12,135 nucleotides of DNA from Octopus sinensis (taxonomy: Eukaryota), in contig NW_021826730.1 in the NCBI RefSeq assembly GCF_006345805.1, positions 1 to 12,135 on the forward strand, written 5' to 3'. The notes under the pieces were generated by a model. The model did not search any database. It saw only the letters and a program-made list of their open reading frames with translations, and had not been told where the DNA came from. The position numbers were made by a program, and so were the translations under genes. Below, piece by piece: positions 8,891-12,135 of the stretch. Each line of letters begins with the position of its first letter. Position 1 is the stretch's first letter.

Positions 8891-9079
8891 TTCTATGAAC
8901 CCGCCTTCAGCTTCGATGACAGCTTCAAGACGGGATCGAAACCGTTAACAAGCTCGCACTAAATGGAGCTTATCCGTGTCGGACATCACCTGGGCAGTGA
9001 CAGCCTTCACTGCGGCCATGGTTTTGTGGAGATGTCGATTAGTCTCCCTTTGAACAACGCTTCAAACAGTGTCCTGGGG
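8891..9079 (-). pseudogene. C-terminal fragment of a DD37D (maT-like) Tc1/mariner transposase
   Basis: Minus frame reads PQDTV*SVVQRETNRHLHKTMAAVKAVTAQVMSDTDKLHLVRAC*RFRSRLEAVIEAEGGFIE, matching the PLDYYVWSVVERETN..RFRSRLEAVIEAEGG.IE tail of DD37D transposases. Two in-frame stops. Confidence 0.85.
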
Positions 9080-9342
9080 CTAAAAGTTGAGGGTGAAAAT
9101 AATAGATTAATAATTATTGGTATTAATAAGATGATTTCTACATCAAAAATTTAAAAAAATTACTGCTAGTAGAAAAAAAAACGTATGGAAAAGGAGATCG
9201 AGTGTATCATGAAGGGTCAAATCCACAGCAACATTCGTCCTAAACCAGGACTGCCATGTTATGTTGGCAAATAATCTTTGCTCCAGAATCAAATAATACA
9301 AACTTTACATTTGGATGGAGCGTTTATACATTGTTAGCAATG

Positions 9343-10169
9343 GAAAGGAAAAGGAAGCATTCCGTCGGTTACGACGACGTGGGTTCCGGTTGATCCGAAT
9401 CAACGGAACAGCCTGCTCGTGAAATTAACGTGTAAGTGGCTGAGCACTCCACATACACGTGTACCCTTAACGTAGTTCTCGGGTATTCAGCGTGACACAG
9501 AGAGTGCAGGCCGGCCCCTTGAAATACAGGGACAACAGAAACAGGAGTAAGAGTGAGAGAAAGTTTGGTGAAAGAGTACAGCAGGGATCACCACCATTCC
9601 CTGCCGGGCCTCGGATGGAAGCACTCCGTCGGTTACGACGACGTGGGTCCGTTGATCCGAATCAACGGAACAGCCTGCTCGTGAAATTAACGTGTAAGTG
9701 GCTGAGCACTCCACAGACACGTGTACCCTTAACGTAGTTCTCGGGGATATTCAGCGTGACACAGAGAGTGACAAGGCCGGCCCTTTTGAAATTGAAGCAC
9801 TCCGTCGGTTACGACGACGAGGGTTCCGGTGATCCGAACAACGGAACAGCCTGCTCGTGAAATTAACGTGTAAGTGGCTGAGTACTTCCACCGACACGTG
9901 TACCCTTAACGTAGTTCTCTGTGATATCAACGTGACACAGAGAGTGACAAGCCGGCCCTTGAATCCAGGTACAACAGAAACAGAAGTAGAGTGAGAGAAG
10001 TTTGTGGTGAAAGAGTACAGCAGGGATCACCACCATCCCCTGCCGGAGCCTCGTGGATCTTTAGGTGTTTTCGCTCAATGAACACTCACAACGCCCGGTC
10101 TGGGAATCGAAACCACGATCCTACGACCGCGAGTCCGCTGCCCTAACCACTGGGCCATTGCGCCTCCAC
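9343..10169 (-). mobile_element. tRNA-derived SINE with multiplied 3' region (head + body + tail A, tail B, body + tail B), flanked by an 11-bp TSD
   Basis: A box TGGCCCAGTGG (10157-10147) and B box GTTTCGATTCC (10113-10103). Tail copies end at 9794, 9618 and ~9354, followed by a short TTTTCC/TTTC tail. TGTTAGCAATG flanks it at 9332-9342 and 10170-10180. Confidence 0.93.
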
Positions 10170-10375
10170 TGTTAGCAATGAGGACTAGCTTAGATAGTTG
10201 GAGTATGTTTGTGTGTGTGCGTGTGTATACTTTATTTGTTGGTTAACAAAGCAACTAATGGTTTCATGTAAAGAGAGATCTTTACAATTGTTAAAGCGTA
10301 CCACATGGATGAAATGAACGTTTATCCACCAGTGCGGTGTTGAGCACTCTTCATATATGTATATATATGAGATTT

Positions 10376-11301
10376 GTGGGAGGCGCAATGGCCCAGTGGT
10401 TAGGGCAGCGGACTCGCGGTCATAGGATCGCGGTTTCGATTCCCAGACCGGGCGTTGTGAGTGTTAGAGCGAAAACCCTAAGAGCTCCACGAGGCTCCGG
10501 CAGGGGATGGTGGTGATCCCTGCTGTACTTCCTTGCGATCACACCAGCAAACTTTCCTCTCACTCTTTACTTCCTGTTTCTGTTGTACCGTGTATTCAAA
10601 AGGGCCGGCCTTGTCACTCTCTGTGTCACGTTGATATCACCGAGAACTACGTTAAGGGTACACGTGTCTGTGGAGTACTCAGCCACTTACACGTTAATTT
10701 CACGAGCAGGCTGTTCCGTTGATTCGGATCAACCGGAACCCTCGTCGTCGTAACCGACGGAGTGCTTCAATTTCAAAGGGCCGGCCTTGTCACTCTCTGT
10801 GTCACGCTGAATATCCCCGAGAACTACGTTAAGGGTACACGTGTCTGTGGAGTGCTCAGCCACTTACACGTTAATTTCACGAGCAGGCTGTTCCGTTGAT
10901 TCGGATCAACCGGAACCCTCGTCGTCGTAACCGACGGAGTGCTTCAATTTCAAAGGGCCGGCCTTGTCACTCTCTGTGTCACGCTGAATATCCCCGAGAA
11001 CTACGTTTTAGGGTACACGTGTCTGTGGAGTGCTCAGCCACTTACACGTTAATTTCACGAGCAGGCTGTTCCGTTGATTCGGATCAACCGGAACCCTCGT
11101 CGTCGTAACCGACGGAGTGCTTCAATTTCAAAGGGCCGGCCTTGTCACTCTCTGTGTCACGCTGAATATCCCCAAGAACTACGTTAAGGGTACACGTGTC
11201 TGTGGAGTGCTCAGCCACTTACACGTTAATTTCACGAGCAGGCTGTTCCGTTGATTCGGATCAACCGGAACCCTCGTCGTCGTAACCGACGGAGTGCTTC
11301 C
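10376..11301 (+). mobile_element. tRNA-derived SINE of the same family with four tandem 3' domains, flanked by a 13-bp TSD
   Basis: A box at 10389-10399 and B box at 10433-10443. ATATATGAGATTT flanks it at 10363-10375 and 11302-11314. CpGs are largely intact, consistent with a young insertion. Confidence 0.95.
10592..11300 (+). repeat. 4 x ~177-bp tandem repeat of the SINE 3' domain
   Basis: Units start at ~10592, 10769, 10946 and 11124. Units 2-4 differ by only 1-2 nt; unit 1 carries diagnostic variants (TTGATATCAC, GTACTC). Confidence 0.97.
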
Positions 11302-11736
11302 ATATATGAGATTTAAATCCAGCTGATTGGAGGCCACAAGTTTGGTGTTACATGATCGCTATGATTGTCTGAGACCCATTCTTAGGTTAAGTGGATTCCT
11401 TTAGAAGGTACTGAGTCTTGCTGAAACACATGTGTCTTTCCATTGCCTACTTCATTCATCTGAGGCGTAACAGCTCTCTTCAGCGCATCGACGTTTCAAA
11501 CAGAATTAATTCTAAGACCCCGTGGAAAGATGTGATATGGCATGACATGACCTTCGTTACTCAACACTCTCAGAACCTTCAGAGTTGCTGAGAGCTTAGT
11601 TTGCCAAACTTCGAGAACATCAGAAAGATCTGTACATAACCATTTGCCATTTCTTCTGTTAGACTTTCAGTTTTAGCCGAAGTCTATCTCGTAAGAGAAC
11701 AACCAAATCGTACAATGATCGCGAGGGCTTTTAACT

Positions 11737-11741
11737 TATAT

Positions 11742-11806
<65 letters not shown>

Positions 11807-11817
11807 ATATATATATA
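11737..11817. repeat. (TA)n microsatellite inside the DD37D transposase remnant
   Basis: About 80 nt of TA separating the DNA-binding and catalytic parts of the transposase. Confidence 0.96.
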
Positions 11818-12135
11818 GGCATGGATGGAACGGTTTCTTTTCAGTGCAGAGAGCGTGTATAAAATGTCCAACCGGGTCTGATGGTTCGTTACAACACCTG
11901 AAACATTTTGGCGACGACTGTCTTTGATTTTCCGGAATTATCATCAATAAGGTTTCGAAACCCTTTGAAGGATTCCAATGTCCTTATACTTCCGAATATT
12001 TAGAATGTTTTGGGTTCCCTCTCTTTGATGCACTGGAAACATTAATGCAAAGGGTTTTATGTACGAACTCCCTATATAAAAGATCTTGCAACATTTAAGA
12101 AAGCTGGCAATTTCCAAGTCGCCGTTTTATTCGCA

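Larger units (their letters stand above)
10340..12135 (-). pseudogene. Heavily decayed DD37D (maT-like) transposase, interrupted by a (TA)n tract and by the plus-strand SINE; its 5' end runs off the window
   Basis: Pieced minus-strand frames give DLEIASFL/VARSFI, NVSSASKR..KHSK and IDDNSGKSKTVVAKMFQVL*RTIR (12135-11820). Then WLFSYEIDFG*N*KSNRRNGKWLCTD..VLSNEGHVMP..HVFQQDS..EWVSDN..HVTPNLWPP.S.DLN (11705-11312). After removing the SINE it continues LIYIHI*RVL, collinear with PMDYYVWSVV. Restored spacing between the 2nd and 3rd D is 37. Confidence 0.88.

Noticed and set aside
9184-9273. Short plus-strand ORF MEKEIECIMKGQIHSNIRPKPGLPCYVGK
   Set aside because: Only 29 codons with no recognisable motif or splice support; expected by chance.
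10376-10450. tRNA gene (also 10095-10169 on the minus strand)
   Set aside because: A and B boxes are present, but there is no proper acceptor stem or oligo-T terminator, and the sequence continues into a SINE body bounded by TSDs.
10592-11300. Regular ~177-bp repeats as a CRISPR-like array
   Set aside because: There are no unique spacers; the units are whole duplicates of a SINE tail in eukaryotic DNA with no cas genes.
9343-11301. Fold-back read chimera or single inverted duplication as the origin of the SINE pair
   Set aside because: Each arm has its own distinct TSD, the spacer is not palindromic, and the outer flanks are unrelated. Some indels in the minus arm could still be consensus noise.
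8891-11737. The two DD37D pieces as halves of one element split by insertions
   Set aside because: The breakpoints nearly abut at SPDLN|PLDY, but the upstream copy already continues through its own P.DY.VW.V equivalent at 10375-10340, so that segment is present twice. Two copies is more likely.
11879-11906. Hammerhead-like CUGAUG..GAAAC on the plus strand
   Set aside because: It lacks A9 and a convincing helix II, and lies inside transposase-derived sequence.
11907-11924. FGDDCL motif on the plus strand, suggesting a viral RdRp insertion
   Set aside because: It is followed by a stop, has no other RdRp motifs, and the region is better explained as the antisense of the DD37D N-terminus.

Overview
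This is eukaryotic, AT-rich, very repeat-dense DNA with no recognisable host gene. The microsatellite load and the two tRNA-derived SINE types most resemble an octopus (coleoid cephalopod) genome; this is an inference from recall, not a search. Bases 1-3950 are almost all micro- and minisatellite, including a 155-bp higher-order repeat and a punctuated CA satellite present in both orientations. Bases 4600-6760 hold two Helitron-like 5' ends, a decayed CORE-like SINE and two candidate minimal hammerhead ribozymes of the Penelope-associated type on the minus strand, each beside a (TA)n tract. Bases 6763-7942 are a dead Hsmar1-like DD34D mariner in which part of the catalytic domain has been replaced by a 129-bp inverted copy of its own upstream sequence. 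Bases 8891-12135 contain two decayed DD37D (maT-like) transposase remnants and two young, head-to-head tRNA-SINEs. Each SINE has its own target-site duplication and a tandemly multiplied ~177-bp 3' domain with a shared junction. Almost all ORFs in the supplied track are microsatellite translations.
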